A stretch of DNA of 64,000 nucleotides from assembly GCA_905197485.1 (NCBI GenBank), contig CAJJYZ010000001.1, positions 27,115 through 91,114 on the forward strand, in the 5' to 3' direction. Positions 47,917-58,113 of this stretch are shown here, piece after piece. This stretch comes from an uncultured Lachnospiraceae bacterium (lineage in GTDB: Bacteria; Bacillota; Clostridia; Lachnospirales; Lachnospiraceae). Position 1 is the stretch's first letter. Each line of letters starts with the position of its first letter. Made by a program: the position numbers and the translations under genes. The notes under the pieces are model-generated. The model searched no databases, had not been told where the DNA came from, and saw only the letters and a list, made by a program, of their open reading frames with translations.

Positions 47917-48273
47917 CTATTTGCATCCACATGTGAAAGTTGCGCACTCTGTGTCATGGCAATCGCACGCCTGGCTTCCTTCCACACTAATCTTGCCTGC
48001 ATGACATTTGCATGCCTCGTTGTACTGGCAATCTACCGCCTTGCAGTCAATGCTGCTTGTAGCGGACGGTTTGGAAGAAGTGACATCACCGTAACTTCCG
48101 CTGTAGCCTCCTGAAATACCGTTGCTCATGCTTTCTTTTCTTTCCTGGAAACTATCACAGCAAGTCTCTTCTGCATGTTTCGCAGAACTTCCTCCCACTT
48201 GAATCGCATCCAGGTCACATAAAAACTGTTTGTTGTGTACACATGTCTGTACGGTACATTTTAATTCTGGCAT
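47917..48273 (-). CDS. DUF1540-family cysteine-rich protein (two repeats)
   Basis: 118 aa; repeats C.V..C.HN..C.A..I.V...A and CQYNEACKCHAGKISV. Confidence 0.65.
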   Translation of the reverse strand: MPELKCTVQTCVHNKQFLCDLDAIQVGGSSAKHAEETCCDSFQERKESMSNGISGGYSGSYGDVTSSKPSATSSIDCKAVDCQYNEACKCHAGKISVEGSQACDCHDTECATFTCGCK

Positions 48274-48331
48274 CTTACTACCTCCTTCTATTCCATAAAC
48301 GTTATCAGAGATAGTATTTCCTGCCCTATCT

Positions 48332-50293
48332 TTATTTATTCTCTTCTACTTCGATTTTACGAATTTCTTTCGTACGGATTTCTTTGCAAATGTCGTTGAT
48401 AAATGTATCCAGAGATTTCTGTCCCTCATCTCCTAAGTATCTGCTTCTTACAGACACCACATTTTCTTCTTCCTCTTTTGCTCCGACTACAAGCAGATAC
48501 GGAACTTTCTGAAGTCTTGCTTCACGAATCTTATAACCGATTTTCTCCGAACGATTGTCTACGCTTGTACGGATACCGTTTGCTTTCAATTCGCTGTTCA
48601 CTTTTTCTGCGTAATCTGCATATTTTTCAGAGATTGGAAGAACACGAACCTGTTCCGGGCAAAGCCATGTCGGGAACAATCCGGCATATTTTTCGATGAG
48701 CCATGCAAGCGTTCTTTCGTAACATCCAAGCGCTGTTCTGTGAATGATATATGGGCGTTTCTTGTCTCCGTTTTCATCGATATAGTACATATCAAACTGC
48801 TCGGCAAGCAATGCGTCCCACTGAATGGTAATCATAGTGTCTTCTTTTCCGTACACATTCTTCGCATTGATATCTACTTTCGGTCCGTAGAATGCGGCTT
48901 CTCCGACATCTTCTACGAATTTGATGCCGAGTTCATTTAAGATATCACGCATATGCTGCTCTGTCTCTTCCCAAACTTCCGGCTCTCCGATATATTTTTC
49001 TCTGTTCTCCGGGTCCCATTTTGATAAATGGTATGTGACGTCTTCTTCTACTCCCAATGTTTCCAGACAATGTTTCGCGAGAGCAAGACATCCCTTGAAT
49101 TCTTCTACCATCTGGTCCGGACGTACTACTAAGTGTCCTTCCGAAATCGTAAACTGACGAACTCTTGTAAGTCCATGCATCTCTCCAGAATCTTCATTAC
49201 GGAACAATGTGGAAGTCTCACCGTAACGGATTGGCAATTCTCTGTAGGAATGCTGCGCTGCTTTGTATACATAATACTGGAACGGACATGTCATCGGACG
49301 GAGGGCAAATACTTCTTTGTCTTTCTCCTCATCTCCCAGTACAAACATTCCTTCTTTATAGTGGTCCCAATGTCCGGAAATCTTATACAAATCGCTCTTT
49401 GCCATGAGCGGAGTCTTTGTACGCACATAGCCCCATTCGTTGTCTTCGATATCTTCAATCCATCTCTGGAGTTCTTTCAGCATGATAACACCCTTCGGCA
49501 TCATGAGCGGAAGTCCCTGGCCAATCACATCTACCGTTGTGAATAATTCCATCTCTCTTCCGAGCTTATTGTGGTCGCGTCTCTTCGCATCCTCCAATCT
49601 CTCCAGATGTTCTGTCAATTCTTCTTTTTTCGCATAAGCAGTTCCGTAGATACGGGATAACATCTTATTCTTCTCATTTCCTCTCCAGTAAGCGCCGGAA
49701 GAAGAAATCAACTTGAATGCTTTCACGCTCTTTGTGCTCATCAAATGAGGGCCTGCACATAAGTCTACAAATTCTCCCTGTCTATAGAAAGAAATCACCG
49801 CGTCTTCTGGTAAATCCTGAATCAGCTCTACCTTATATGGCTCTCCCTTTTCTTCCATGAATGCAATGGCTTCTTCTCTCGGAAGCTCAAATCGTTCGAT
49901 TTTTGCATTCTCTTTGATGATTTTCTTCATCTCTTTCTCAATCTTTTCCAAATCTTCGCTTGAGAATGGTTCGTGTTCGAAATCATAGTAAAATCCTGTA
50001 TCGATGGATGGCCCAATCGCAAGTTTTGCTTCCGGGTACAGTCTTTTTACTGCTTCTGCAAGAATATGGGAAGCCGTATGGCGTAGAGTCGATAATCCGG
50101 CTTCGTCGTTCGCTGTTAAAATATTAAGCTCCGCGTCCTCTTCTACTACGGTACGTAAGTCCACAACTTCTCCATTCACTTCTCCTGCACAGGCTGCTCT
50201 TGCAAGCCCTTCGCTAATGTCTGCCGCAATCTCAAGCACTGATTTGCTTTCCGCATATTCCTTGACAGAACCGTCCTTTAATGTAATATTCAT
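48332..50293 (-). CDS. thrS: threonine--tRNA ligase
   Basis: 653 aa; TGS N-terminus, class II core, anticodon-binding C-terminus. Confidence 0.95.
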   Translation of the reverse strand: MNITLKDGSVKEYAESKSVLEIAADISEGLARAACAGEVNGEVVDLRTVVEEDAELNILTANDEAGLSTLRHTASHILAEAVKRLYPEAKLAIGPSIDTGFYYDFEHEPFSSEDLEKIEKEMKKIIKENAKIERFELPREEAIAFMEEKGEPYKVELIQDLPEDAVISFYRQGEFVDLCAGPHLMSTKSVKAFKLISSSGAYWRGNEKNKMLSRIYGTAYAKKEELTEHLERLEDAKRRDHNKLGREMELFTTVDVIGQGLPLMMPKGVIMLKELQRWIEDIEDNEWGYVRTKTPLMAKSDLYKISGHWDHYKEGMFVLGDEEKDKEVFALRPMTCPFQYYVYKAAQHSYRELPIRYGETSTLFRNEDSGEMHGLTRVRQFTISEGHLVVRPDQMVEEFKGCLALAKHCLETLGVEEDVTYHLSKWDPENREKYIGEPEVWEETEQHMRDILNELGIKFVEDVGEAAFYGPKVDINAKNVYGKEDTMITIQWDALLAEQFDMYYIDENGDKKRPYIIHRTALGCYERTLAWLIEKYAGLFPTWLCPEQVRVLPISEKYADYAEKVNSELKANGIRTSVDNRSEKIGYKIREARLQKVPYLLVVGAKEEEENVVSVRSRYLGDEGQKSLDTFINDICKEIRTKEIRKIEVEENK

Positions 50294-50883
50294 TATTCTT
50301 CATCCTTCCTTTCTTCTATTCCTTCTTCCGGATAATCCTCACAATCATCCGTTACATTTTCGTTTGGATTCTCTTCCTGATTCTCCACCTGGGTTTCCAC
50401 CGTATCTTCTTCCGGTGTCTGACCTTTGGATTCCTCATCCTTGTCCGCAATACTGCTTTCTTCTTCCTGAGACTCTTCCAACCCTTTTAGAAACATGTTA
50501 TGAAAGTTCAGCAGGTCTCTCTTCAAAGAAATCGGTTTTCCCATCCTGTTCAGGAAACAGTGGTGCGTCGTTCCTTTGCAATCAATCAAACCGGTTTCTT
50601 TATTGTAAATTTCATATTCCATGGATAATTTGATTCCATTGTAAGATATGATTTTTGTCTTAATCTCTACCGTATCTCCGAAGCGGGCCATCCTTAAATA
50701 TGTTGCATCCACTCCCAGCACCGGACTCACAATTCCTTCTTTTTCCATCTCGGCATATCCCATACCAAGCTGTTCCATGAAATCAGTCCTCGCTTCTTCA
50801 AACCAGCGAATATAGTTGGAATGATTCACAATCCCCATCTGGTCGGTCTCGTAGTACTGTACCTTGTGTGTATAAGCCTCCAT
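50293..50883 (-). CDS. hotdog-fold acyl-CoA thioesterase (YbgC/4HBT-like) with a ~65-aa poly-acidic C-terminal tail; it overlaps the thrS start (ATGA)
   Basis: Start at MEAYTHKVQYYETDQMGIVNHSNYIRWFEEAR (RBS AAGGAGA); tail ...EESQEEESSIADKDEESKGQTPEEDTVETQVENQEENPNENVTDDCEDYPEEGIEERKDEE. Confidence 0.75.
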   Translation of the reverse strand: MEAYTHKVQYYETDQMGIVNHSNYIRWFEEARTDFMEQLGMGYAEMEKEGIVSPVLGVDATYLRMARFGDTVEIKTKIISYNGIKLSMEYEIYNKETGLIDCKGTTHHCFLNRMGKPISLKRDLLNFHNMFLKGLEESQEEESSIADKDEESKGQTPEEDTVETQVENQEENPNENVTDDCEDYPEEGIEERKDEE

Positions 50884-50904
50884 TTCTTTTGTCTCCTTTG
50901 CAAA

Positions 50905-51140
50905 AAAAGTCCCTTGCAATAGCAAATCCTACTGCAAGGGACGAGTTCTTCTTACTCGCGGTTCCACCCTAATTGTACTGACATTGTCAGAACCACTTCA
51001 TTCATGATGATAACGGAATCACCGGACAGTTTTGCTGCCACTCCGAGGTAGTCTTCAAATGTTTCCGTAATAAGAAGCTTCCAGCCTGCGACTTCTCTCT
51101 CTGTATTCTTCCACATCCTACTCGTCTCGTCAACGTGTTT
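50905..51140 (-). promoter_or_regulatory. T-box riboswitch leader (threonine-specific by context) controlling the thioesterase-thrS operon
   Basis: Minus strand AATTAGGGTGGAACCGCG (rc of 50957-50974) followed by the terminator CCCTTGCAGTAGGATTTGCTATTGCAAGGGAC + T7. The putative specifier region contains ACU/ACC (rc of ~51043-51056). Confidence 0.85.
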
Positions 51141-51176
51141 TCATATCTACATATTCTTTATTATAGCATTGCTTTT

Positions 51177-51947
51177 CTATTTGTCAATCAGCTCTTTTTC
51201 ATGATTCAATTTTTTGTGATGCATGAAATTCTTCAGATAGAGCTGCAAAATAGCAAAAAACTCGCGCACCATATAATTCAGAAACAGCACAGAGTCACAT
51301 CCGGCGACAATTCCCCGAACTTCTTTGTATCCTTCCAATTTCGCAAGCTTTATCGCACGATACATATGGAAATTATTAGTGACGATTCCGACTTCGTTCT
51401 CGTTTCTCTTCAAAAGTTGCCTGGAAAATGCCAGGTTCTCTCTCGTCGTCCTTGATTTTTCTTCCATCCGAATCCGTTTCTCTTCGATTCCCCGCTGGAT
51501 GAGATATTCCCGCATCGCAAACGCTTCCGTCACATCTTCACCTTTTCCCTGTCCGCCCGATACAATTACCAGCGTCTCCGGATTCTCCTTTAAATAAGTA
51601 GCTGCTTTGTCCAAACGTCTCCGCAAAGCGCCTGTGATTTTTCTGCCCCTAATGCAGGCTCCGAGCACGATGATAACCGGCAGCTTCTCAGACGGCACCG
51701 TAAGCATTCCGCTTAATATAACGATTTCCACCGCCAGGAAAAGAATCAGCGCGATTCCACATACTATCTGAATGCCAAAGACAATTTTTGCCGGCAGCTT
51801 TCCAACAAGGAAACCAAGCGGAATCTGCACAAGCCCGAATACTAGCCAGAACGAAGAAAACGTCGCGCTTCGATTCTTCGTATACCATAGGATTCCCACA
51901 TAATACAAAATACATAACAAAGAGATACTATAAAAAGCCTGCTGCAT
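51177..51947 (-). CDS. YdcF/DUF218 (SanA/ElyC-like) membrane-anchored protein
   Basis: 256 aa; N-terminal TM segments, then the DUF218 core VIVSGGQGKGEDVTEAFAMREYL. Confidence 0.7.
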   Translation of the reverse strand: MQQAFYSISLLCILYYVGILWYTKNRSATFSSFWLVFGLVQIPLGFLVGKLPAKIVFGIQIVCGIALILFLAVEIVILSGMLTVPSEKLPVIIVLGACIRGRKITGALRRRLDKAATYLKENPETLVIVSGGQGKGEDVTEAFAMREYLIQRGIEEKRIRMEEKSRTTRENLAFSRQLLKRNENEVGIVTNNFHMYRAIKLAKLEGYKEVRGIVAGCDSVLFLNYMVREFFAILQLYLKNFMHHKKLNHEKELIDK

Positions 51948-52022
51948 CTTCTCTCCTCCACAAAAGCTTGAGACGCAGTAAATTCACTGCGTCTCATGAT
52001 ATTGTTATTCTTCAACTCTTAT

Positions 52023-52529
52023 CTATGCGTTCTTTCCACAGCACTTTTTGTACTTCTTACCGCTTCCGCATGGACATGGGTCATTTCTTCCAATCTTCTT
52101 CTCCTTACGGATTGTACCGGATTGTTTCTGCTCTCTGTATAATTCTTTCTGTCTCTCCGGTGTGAAAATGTCATTCCACTGTGGAAGTTCATACAACCAT
52201 TCTGCTTTCGCATCTACCATGTTCTTGTATAACTTCTCTTTGTCGAATGCGAGACTTACTACGGTATCCTCTTCCATCTCTTCGATTGGGTTCGGCACTT
52301 TTAAGCTGTCATTGATTCCGTCTAAGAATCCAGTCATTGTAAATACTTCGATGTTGTATTTTTCTGCCAGTTCTTTGACTGTTCCTTTTACTTCCTCATC
52401 CGGGTTTGCTAATAACTGTTCGTAAATTCCTTTTTCAATCTGGAAATATGTACCCCAGAATTTCTGTAATGATGCTCTGTCCATTTCCTGAGAATAGGCA
52501 GTATCTCTCCATTGTTCTAATAAACTCAT
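52023..52529 (-). CDS. SEC-C metal-binding motif protein (YecA-like C-terminus)
   Basis: Start at MSLLEQW (RBS AAGGAGA); C-terminal [16 protein letters not shown]. Confidence 0.7.
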   Translation of the reverse strand: MSLLEQWRDTAYSQEMDRASLQKFWGTYFQIEKGIYEQLLANPDEEVKGTVKELAEKYNIEVFTMTGFLDGINDSLKVPNPIEEMEEDTVVSLAFDKEKLYKNMVDAKAEWLYELPQWNDIFTPERQKELYREQKQSGTIRKEKKIGRNDPCPCGSGKKYKKCCGKNA

Positions 52530-52663
52530 GTCTATATTCTCCTTTTGAAAACATTTTAATATATCTATTATATACCATATCTTACTTTTTTTCAAAAACT
52601 TTTACAAATTTTCTTCTTTTTTTGCTATAATGGGTACTAACACAGCAAAGGAAGATGATAAAA

Positions 52664-52900
52664 ATGAAGAAAAAAAAGCGTATTTTAGCGATTGTGGGTG
52701 TCGTTTTGCTCGTTGCATTGTATGGAAGCACCCTCGTATTTGCAATCTTTGACCACTCAAAATCTCTCGGATTTTTGAAAGCGTCGATTGCGTGCACCAT
52801 TTTACTGCCGGTACTTTTGTATGCATATACTCTGATATACAAACTTACAAAGAATAAGGATGAGGAAGACAGGGAGGATGAAGATTCATGGAACCATTGA
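52664..52900 (+). CDS. small two-TM protein with an acidic C-terminus, overlapping the asnA start
   Basis: MKKKKRILAIVGVVLLVALYG...LLPVLLYAYTLIY...KDEEDREDEDSWNH; TGA overlaps the asnA ATG region. Confidence 0.45.
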   Translation: MKKKKRILAIVGVVLLVALYGSTLVFAIFDHSKSLGFLKASIACTILLPVLLYAYTLIYKLTKNKDEEDREDEDSWNH

Positions 52901-53898
52901 TGATACCTGACGGCTATACGTCTCCGCTTTCTATTCGGGAGACGGAAGTTGCCATCAAAGAAGTAAAAGATTATTTTGAACGCGCGCTTGCCAAGTCACT
53001 GCATTTGACGCGTGTTTCCGCACCGCTTTTCGTAAGACCGGAAACAGGACTGAACGACAATCTGAACGGCGTCGAGCGTCCGGTAGCCTTCGGAATCAAA
53101 GAGCAGGAAGATGCCCTTGTGGAAATCGTGCATTCCCTCGCCAAGTGGAAACGTTACGCGCTGAAACGTTACGGATTCCACTCAGGGGAAGGGCTTTATA
53201 CCGATATGACTGCCATCCGAAGAGATGAAGATACCGATAATATCCATTCCATCTATGTGGACCAATGGGATTGGGAGAAAGTCATCTCCAAGGAAGAGAG
53301 GAACACAGCTACGCTGGAACATACGGTGAGACACGTATATTCCGCATTAAAAGAGACGGAACAGCACATCGCCAAGCGTTACAACTATATCGAGCCGATT
53401 CTTCCGGAGGAGATTTTTTTCATTTCTTCCCAGGAATTGGAGATTCTCTATCCGGACTGCACACCGAAAGAAAGAGAATACAATATCGCGAAGTTAAAAG
53501 GCGCCGTATTCATTTCCCAAATCGGTAAGACGCTTGCTTCCGGCGAGAAACATGACGGACGCGCCCCAGACTACGATGACTGGGAACTGAATGGAGATAT
53601 CATCGTATATTATCCGACGCTCGACATTGCGCTGGAGCTCTCCTCCATGGGAATCCGCGTAGACGAAGATACATTAAGACGTCAGTTAAAGCTTGCCGGA
53701 TGTGAAGACCGGGCAGAACTGGACTTTCAAAAGTCTTTGTTAAATAAGGAGCTCCCTTACACCGTAGGCGGCGGCATCGGGCAATCCCGTATCTGCATGT
53801 TCTATCTGAGGAAAGCGCATATCGGAGAAGTCCAGTCTTCTATCTGGCCGGAGGAAATCCTTGAAAAGGCAGAAAAAAATGGCATTCAGATGTTATAA
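52888..53898 (+). CDS. asnA: aspartate--ammonia ligase AsnA
   Basis: 336 aa; class II aaRS-like; MEPLMIPDGYTSPLSIRETEVAIKEVKDYFE. Confidence 0.9.
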   Translation: MEPLMIPDGYTSPLSIRETEVAIKEVKDYFERALAKSLHLTRVSAPLFVRPETGLNDNLNGVERPVAFGIKEQEDALVEIVHSLAKWKRYALKRYGFHSGEGLYTDMTAIRRDEDTDNIHSIYVDQWDWEKVISKEERNTATLEHTVRHVYSALKETEQHIAKRYNYIEPILPEEIFFISSQELEILYPDCTPKEREYNIAKLKGAVFISQIGKTLASGEKHDGRAPDYDDWELNGDIIVYYPTLDIALELSSMGIRVDEDTLRRQLKLAGCEDRAELDFQKSLLNKELPYTVGGGIGQSRICMFYLRKAHIGEVQSSIWPEEILEKAEKNGIQML

Positions 53899-53940
53899 AA
53901 AACTGTCCACTTGCAAATCAAAACAAGTGGACAGTTTTTT
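53897..53940. terminator. bidirectional terminator between asnA and the convergent gene
   Basis: AAAAACTGTCCACTTG-CAAATCAAAA-CAAGTGGACAGTTTTTT. Confidence 0.85.
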
Positions 53941-54557
53941 TACACACATTTACATTCCGCGAAACATACCGGCAGATGAAAATTCGGCTTCTCGCTTTCA
54001 ATCGGTGAAAAGCTTCCATAATGTTCAATCTCCGGTCTCTCCGAAATCTTATAAAAATTACAATAGAAGGAATCTCCTCTCATCATCCCATCAAAATCGC
54101 AAATCTCCTTCAAAAGTTCTTCCGGAATCGTGACCGTAAGGCTCCATTTTTCTTCCTCGACGCTTGCCTGACAATCGCTTTTCTCATACAATGCCTCCGA
54201 GATAAAGGAACGGTTCTTCCTTCCCTTTCCATAACATGCATACATGGCGCCGTTGGCATTCATCTCAAAGTTTATATACATCACGTCATTAGTGAGCGGT
54301 TCCCCTTTCTCCGGGAACGCCATGAAAATCTCCATTGCGCTGTCCTTGTAAACCCTGTCTTTATGATTCTTATATTCCCGTTTCGGATTGGATTCTTCAC
54401 AGATTAACTTCACATAAATCCCCTGATTATCCAAGTATCCGGCATACCCATATGCCTTCGGCTCCTTTGTACTGTTCCACTGATAATAGTCGATGTCAAA
54501 TCGATTGCATCCTTCGATTTCTTCTTTTGCATGAATTTTCTGAATGATATACTCCAT
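53940..54557 (-). CDS. hypothetical protein, possibly a carbohydrate-binding-module-9-like / DOMON-like fold
   Basis: Start at MEYIIQKIHAKEE; weak family assignment. Confidence 0.4.
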   Translation of the reverse strand: MEYIIQKIHAKEEIEGCNRFDIDYYQWNSTKEPKAYGYAGYLDNQGIYVKLICEESNPKREYKNHKDRVYKDSAMEIFMAFPEKGEPLTNDVMYINFEMNANGAMYACYGKGRKNRSFISEALYEKSDCQASVEEEKWSLTVTIPEELLKEICDFDGMMRGDSFYCNFYKISERPEIEHYGSFSPIESEKPNFHLPVCFAECKCV

Positions 54558-54576
54558 AATTCTTTCCTTTCTTCTC

Positions 54577-56127
54577 TTACATAAGCGGCGCAATCAGGCG
54601 CAAGACTCTTCCGCACACTTTTTCTCCTACTTTTCGGTTACGAAGGTCTGTAATCGTCACTTTCTGACATTTCTTCAACGTCTCCTGGAAGTCCTTCTCA
54701 ATATCGCGTACTACCTGGTTATTGTAAATGAACGTACCGCATTCAAAATGCAGATACAGACTTCTGTAATCCAAATTGATAGTTCCAACCGTCGCCGTAT
54801 CGTCGTCGGATACGAATACTTTCGCATGCACAAATCCCGGCGTATATTCATAAATCTGCACGCCCGCACGAATCAGTTCCTCATAGTAGGTCTTCGCCAG
54901 CACAAACGCATACCATTTATCCGGAATATGCGGCATAATAATAATCACTTCGATACCACATTTCGCCGCATACGTCAACGTCGTAACCATCTCGTTGTCC
55001 AATATCAAATACGGCGTCATAATATGCACATATTTTTTGGCATGATTCAAAATATGGAAATACACCTGTTCTCCGATATTTTCATCATCATACGGGCTGT
55101 CCCCATATGGAAGCACATACCCAAGCTCTCTTCGGAATACGTCCGACTTCGGCGTCAGATATTTTGTATAGTCTTCTTTCTGCCTCTCATAAATATTCCA
55201 CATCTGGAGGAACATGATTGTGAAATTCTGTACCGCCTCTCCTTCTAACATTACGGCGGTATCTTTCCAATGTCCGAATCTGACCTTCTCATTGATATAC
55301 TCATCCGCCAGATTCACTCCTCCTGTAAATGCAACCTCCCCGTCAATCACGCATATTTTTCTATGGTCGCGGTTGTTCTGCTGCGTGGAAAGCACCGGTT
55401 TAATCGGATTGAACATCTTACATTTGATTCCCATCTGTTCCAATTTCTTCGGATAACGATATGGCAGTAAGGAAATACTACACATTCCATCATACATGAA
55501 TCTTACTTCCACACCTTCGTCTACTTTTCGCTTCAGAATCTCCAGGATAGAATCCCACATCACACCCTGCTCTACGATAAAGTACTCCATGAAGATAAAT
55601 CTCTTCGCATTCTCAAGCTGTATCTTCAATTCACAGAATTTGTCTTCCCCTAACGGGAAATATGTGACCTTCGTGTTCCTATGAACCGGACACTCGCAGA
55701 TGGAAGACATATAGTGCGCCAGATTCGCATTCGCCGGCTTGGAAAGCCGCAGTTCTTCAATCAGTTCCGGATTCTGCTGCATATATGGACGCGTCTCGTC
55801 CCCCAGCACAAACAGTCTCTTTCGGATATAACTTGTTCCCGGCTGTATCAACATGAACACATAAAATACAGTTCCCACGATAGGTATCAATGTCACAAAC
55901 AGAATCCAGGACATCTTAAACGCCGGATTCTCTTTTCGATTGATGATGTAGACAATCACCATCATGCTTAACACAATCAGTCCAACATATACGGATGTCG
56001 CATGCTTCTCCAACATCGAAATCGTCTGCACAAAAATTACGATTTGAAGAATCAAAAGCGCTGCAACCAATGCTGTTCTACTGAAAATAATGTGAAAAAT
56101 TCCTTTTTTCGCCTTTTTTACCTGCAT
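54577..56127 (-). CDS. cls: cardiolipin synthase (two HKD motifs)
   Basis: Start at MQVKKAKKGIF; two N-terminal TM segments; HKD motifs including HAKVFVSDDDTATVGTINLDYRS. Confidence 0.9.
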   Translation of the reverse strand: MQVKKAKKGIFHIIFSRTALVAALLILQIVIFVQTISMLEKHATSVYVGLIVLSMMVIVYIINRKENPAFKMSWILFVTLIPIVGTVFYVFMLIQPGTSYIRKRLFVLGDETRPYMQQNPELIEELRLSKPANANLAHYMSSICECPVHRNTKVTYFPLGEDKFCELKIQLENAKRFIFMEYFIVEQGVMWDSILEILKRKVDEGVEVRFMYDGMCSISLLPYRYPKKLEQMGIKCKMFNPIKPVLSTQQNNRDHRKICVIDGEVAFTGGVNLADEYINEKVRFGHWKDTAVMLEGEAVQNFTIMFLQMWNIYERQKEDYTKYLTPKSDVFRRELGYVLPYGDSPYDDENIGEQVYFHILNHAKKYVHIMTPYLILDNEMVTTLTYAAKCGIEVIIIMPHIPDKWYAFVLAKTYYEELIRAGVQIYEYTPGFVHAKVFVSDDDTATVGTINLDYRSLYLHFECGTFIYNNQVVRDIEKDFQETLKKCQKVTITDLRNRKVGEKVCGRVLRLIAPLM

Positions 56128-56273
56128 ATATCTTCTCTCTTTCTCCAAATTTTTCCTTTGTATACAAAACATTCTAACACATTTACATTTTATTCTCAAT
56201 AAAGCTTTTCTTTTTACATAAAATGGATTACAATGGTAATAATACATAAATGGTAAAGAAAGGAGTATTACGT

Positions 56274-56657
56274 ATGTCAAACAATAAATGGGGAAAAAAA
56301 CTTTTAGGGCTTTTAGCAATCGGTGCCGCTGTCGGAGGAACCATCGCATATTTTTCTAAGAAGAAAGAGCGCGAAGATTTTGAAGATGAGTTTGAAGACG
56401 ATTTTGAAAACGAAGATTTTGACCTCGACGAAGATTTAAGAGACCCTTCCGAGCGCGGATACTTCTCTATCAGCCCAGAGACGAAAGAAGCGGTCAAGGA
56501 CGCTTCCGAAGACATCAAAGATGCTGCCAAAGATGTAAAAGAGGAAATCAAAGACGTTTCCGAGGATTTGGCAGAAGAAGCAAAAGACGCGGTAGAAGAT
56601 GCCGCTGAAACTGCGAAAGAAGCCGTCAAAGATGTAAAAGACACTATAGAACAATAA
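56274..56657 (+). CDS. YtxH-like small membrane protein: one TM segment, a poly-acidic FEDEFEDDFENEDFDLDEDL segment, then KD/E-rich amphipathic repeats
   Basis: ATG 56274 after AAAGGAG; MSNNKWGKKLLGLLAIGAAVGGTIAYF... Confidence 0.7.
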   Translation: MSNNKWGKKLLGLLAIGAAVGGTIAYFSKKKEREDFEDEFEDDFENEDFDLDEDLRDPSERGYFSISPETKEAVKDASEDIKDAAKDVKEEIKDVSEDLAEEAKDAVEDAAETAKEAVKDVKDTIEQ

Positions 56658-56673
56658 TTCAAGAAGATATGCA

Positions 56674-56710
56674 AAAGGACAGAGTGTGATGCAGCCTGTC
56701 CTTTTTCTAT
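56674..56710. terminator. terminator between the ytxH-like gene and the convergent mocR-type gene
   Basis: AAAAGGACAG-loop-CTGTCCTTTTT. Confidence 0.7.
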
Positions 56711-58113
56711 CTGATTTTATCCGCCCATGCTTTCGAAAGAAGCTGAATCGCCTCTTTTATTTTCTCTTCCGATAGATTCGCATATCCGAGCAGAATGACC
56801 GGCTGTTTCGTCTGTTCTCTACGAATGTCATAGGAGGAAAGCCCATAGACTTTGACTCCCTTTTCTTCTGCCCGCTTTATCAGTTCTTCTTCTTTTCTCT
56901 CCTTCGGAAAGGTCAGAAGAAGATGCACTCCCGCATGTTCTCCTGAAATCTCACAAAGCGGGAGATACGTTTTCAACTGACTCAACATCATATCGTGACG
57001 CCCCTTATAGAGCGCCCTCATTTTATTCAAATGCCTTTCATAATATCCTTTTTCAATGAACCTTTGGATAATGAGCTGGTCCACCCTCGAAACCGTCGAA
57101 CTCAAAAATCTGCACTTCTCGTAATAAATCGGAAGAAGCGTCTTCGGAAGAACGAGGTAACTGATTCGGATAGACGGCGCAATGGAGCGTGAAAACGTAC
57201 CGATATAAATCACTTTTTCCTTACAGTCATATCCCTGGAGCGCCGGAATCGGTTTTCCTTTGTAGCGGAATTCACTGTCATAATCGTCTTCGATAATATA
57301 GCGTTGTCCTTCTTCCGCCCATCGAAGCAGTTCTGTCCGCCTTTGGATTGGCATGACGATTCCAAGTGGATACTGGTGCGACGGCATCACATATGCAATA
57401 TCCGCCCCAGACTTTTCCAACTCATCAATCCGCATTCCTTTCCGGTCCATCTCCACCGCACACGTACGATAGGATAAGTTCTCAAATACCTGATAGGCGC
57501 GGAGATATGTCGGATTCTCAAACGCAATCCTGTGGTCTTTCCCCAATAGCATTCCCAATAGCATGAGCAAATATTCGTTTCCGGCTCCTACCACAATCTG
57601 CTCCGGCTCACAATGCACCCCTCGCGATTGGTACAAATATTGGCAAATCGTGCTTCGCAGTCCATATTCTCCTTGCGAATCTCCAAGCTGAAATAACTCC
57701 GACTTATCATCCGCCAGCACTTCTTTCGTCAGTTTGCGCCACACTCCGTAAGGAAAGCTTTGGAGGTCGATTCCCCTTGGGCTAAAATCAAAGCGATAAC
57801 TCTCCACATGTTCCTTCCGCTTCTTCATCGGTTTTTCGGGTATCCTCTCCCACTGATACAATTCTTCAATCTGCGCCACAAAGAATCCTCTGCAAGGCTC
57901 CGCCTCGATATACCCCTCCGCCAGAAGCTGCTCATATGCCAGTTCCACCGTACTTCTGCTTACTTCCAGATATTTCGCCAGGGCCCTCGTAGACGGAAGC
58001 TTCTCCTTGCACGTTATCTTTCCTCTTCTGATATCTGATTTGATATACTCGTAAATCTGTTCATACAAAGGAATCGACGACTTTGCATTCAATGTCATAG
58101 TAAGTTCATTCAT
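56707..58113 (-). CDS. MocR/GabR-type transcriptional regulator (GntR HTH + aminotransferase-like domain)
   Basis: 468 aa; N-terminal HTH IPLYEQIYEYIKSDIRRGKI...LPSTRALAKYLEVSRSTV. Confidence 0.85.
   Translation of the reverse strand: MNELTMTLNAKSSIPLYEQIYEYIKSDIRRGKITCKEKLPSTRALAKYLEVSRSTVELAYEQLLAEGYIEAEPCRGFFVAQIEELYQWERIPEKPMKKRKEHVESYRFDFSPRGIDLQSFPYGVWRKLTKEVLADDKSELFQLGDSQGEYGLRSTICQYLYQSRGVHCEPEQIVVGAGNEYLLMLLGMLLGKDHRIAFENPTYLRAYQVFENLSYRTCAVEMDRKGMRIDELEKSGADIAYVMPSHQYPLGIVMPIQRRTELLRWAEEGQRYIIEDDYDSEFRYKGKPIPALQGYDCKEKVIYIGTFSRSIAPSIRISYLVLPKTLLPIYYEKCRFLSSTVSRVDQLIIQRFIEKGYYERHLNKMRALYKGRHDMMLSQLKTYLPLCEISGEHAGVHLLLTFPKERKEEELIKRAEEKGVKVYGLSSYDIRREQTKQPVILLGYANLSEEKIKEAIQLLSKAWADKIR

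Noticed and set aside
56228-56674. 148-aa Ser/Ala-rich ORF on the minus strand
   Set aside because: It is the antisense shadow of the YtxH-like gene (56274-56657 +), which has an RBS, a TM helix and family-typical repeats.
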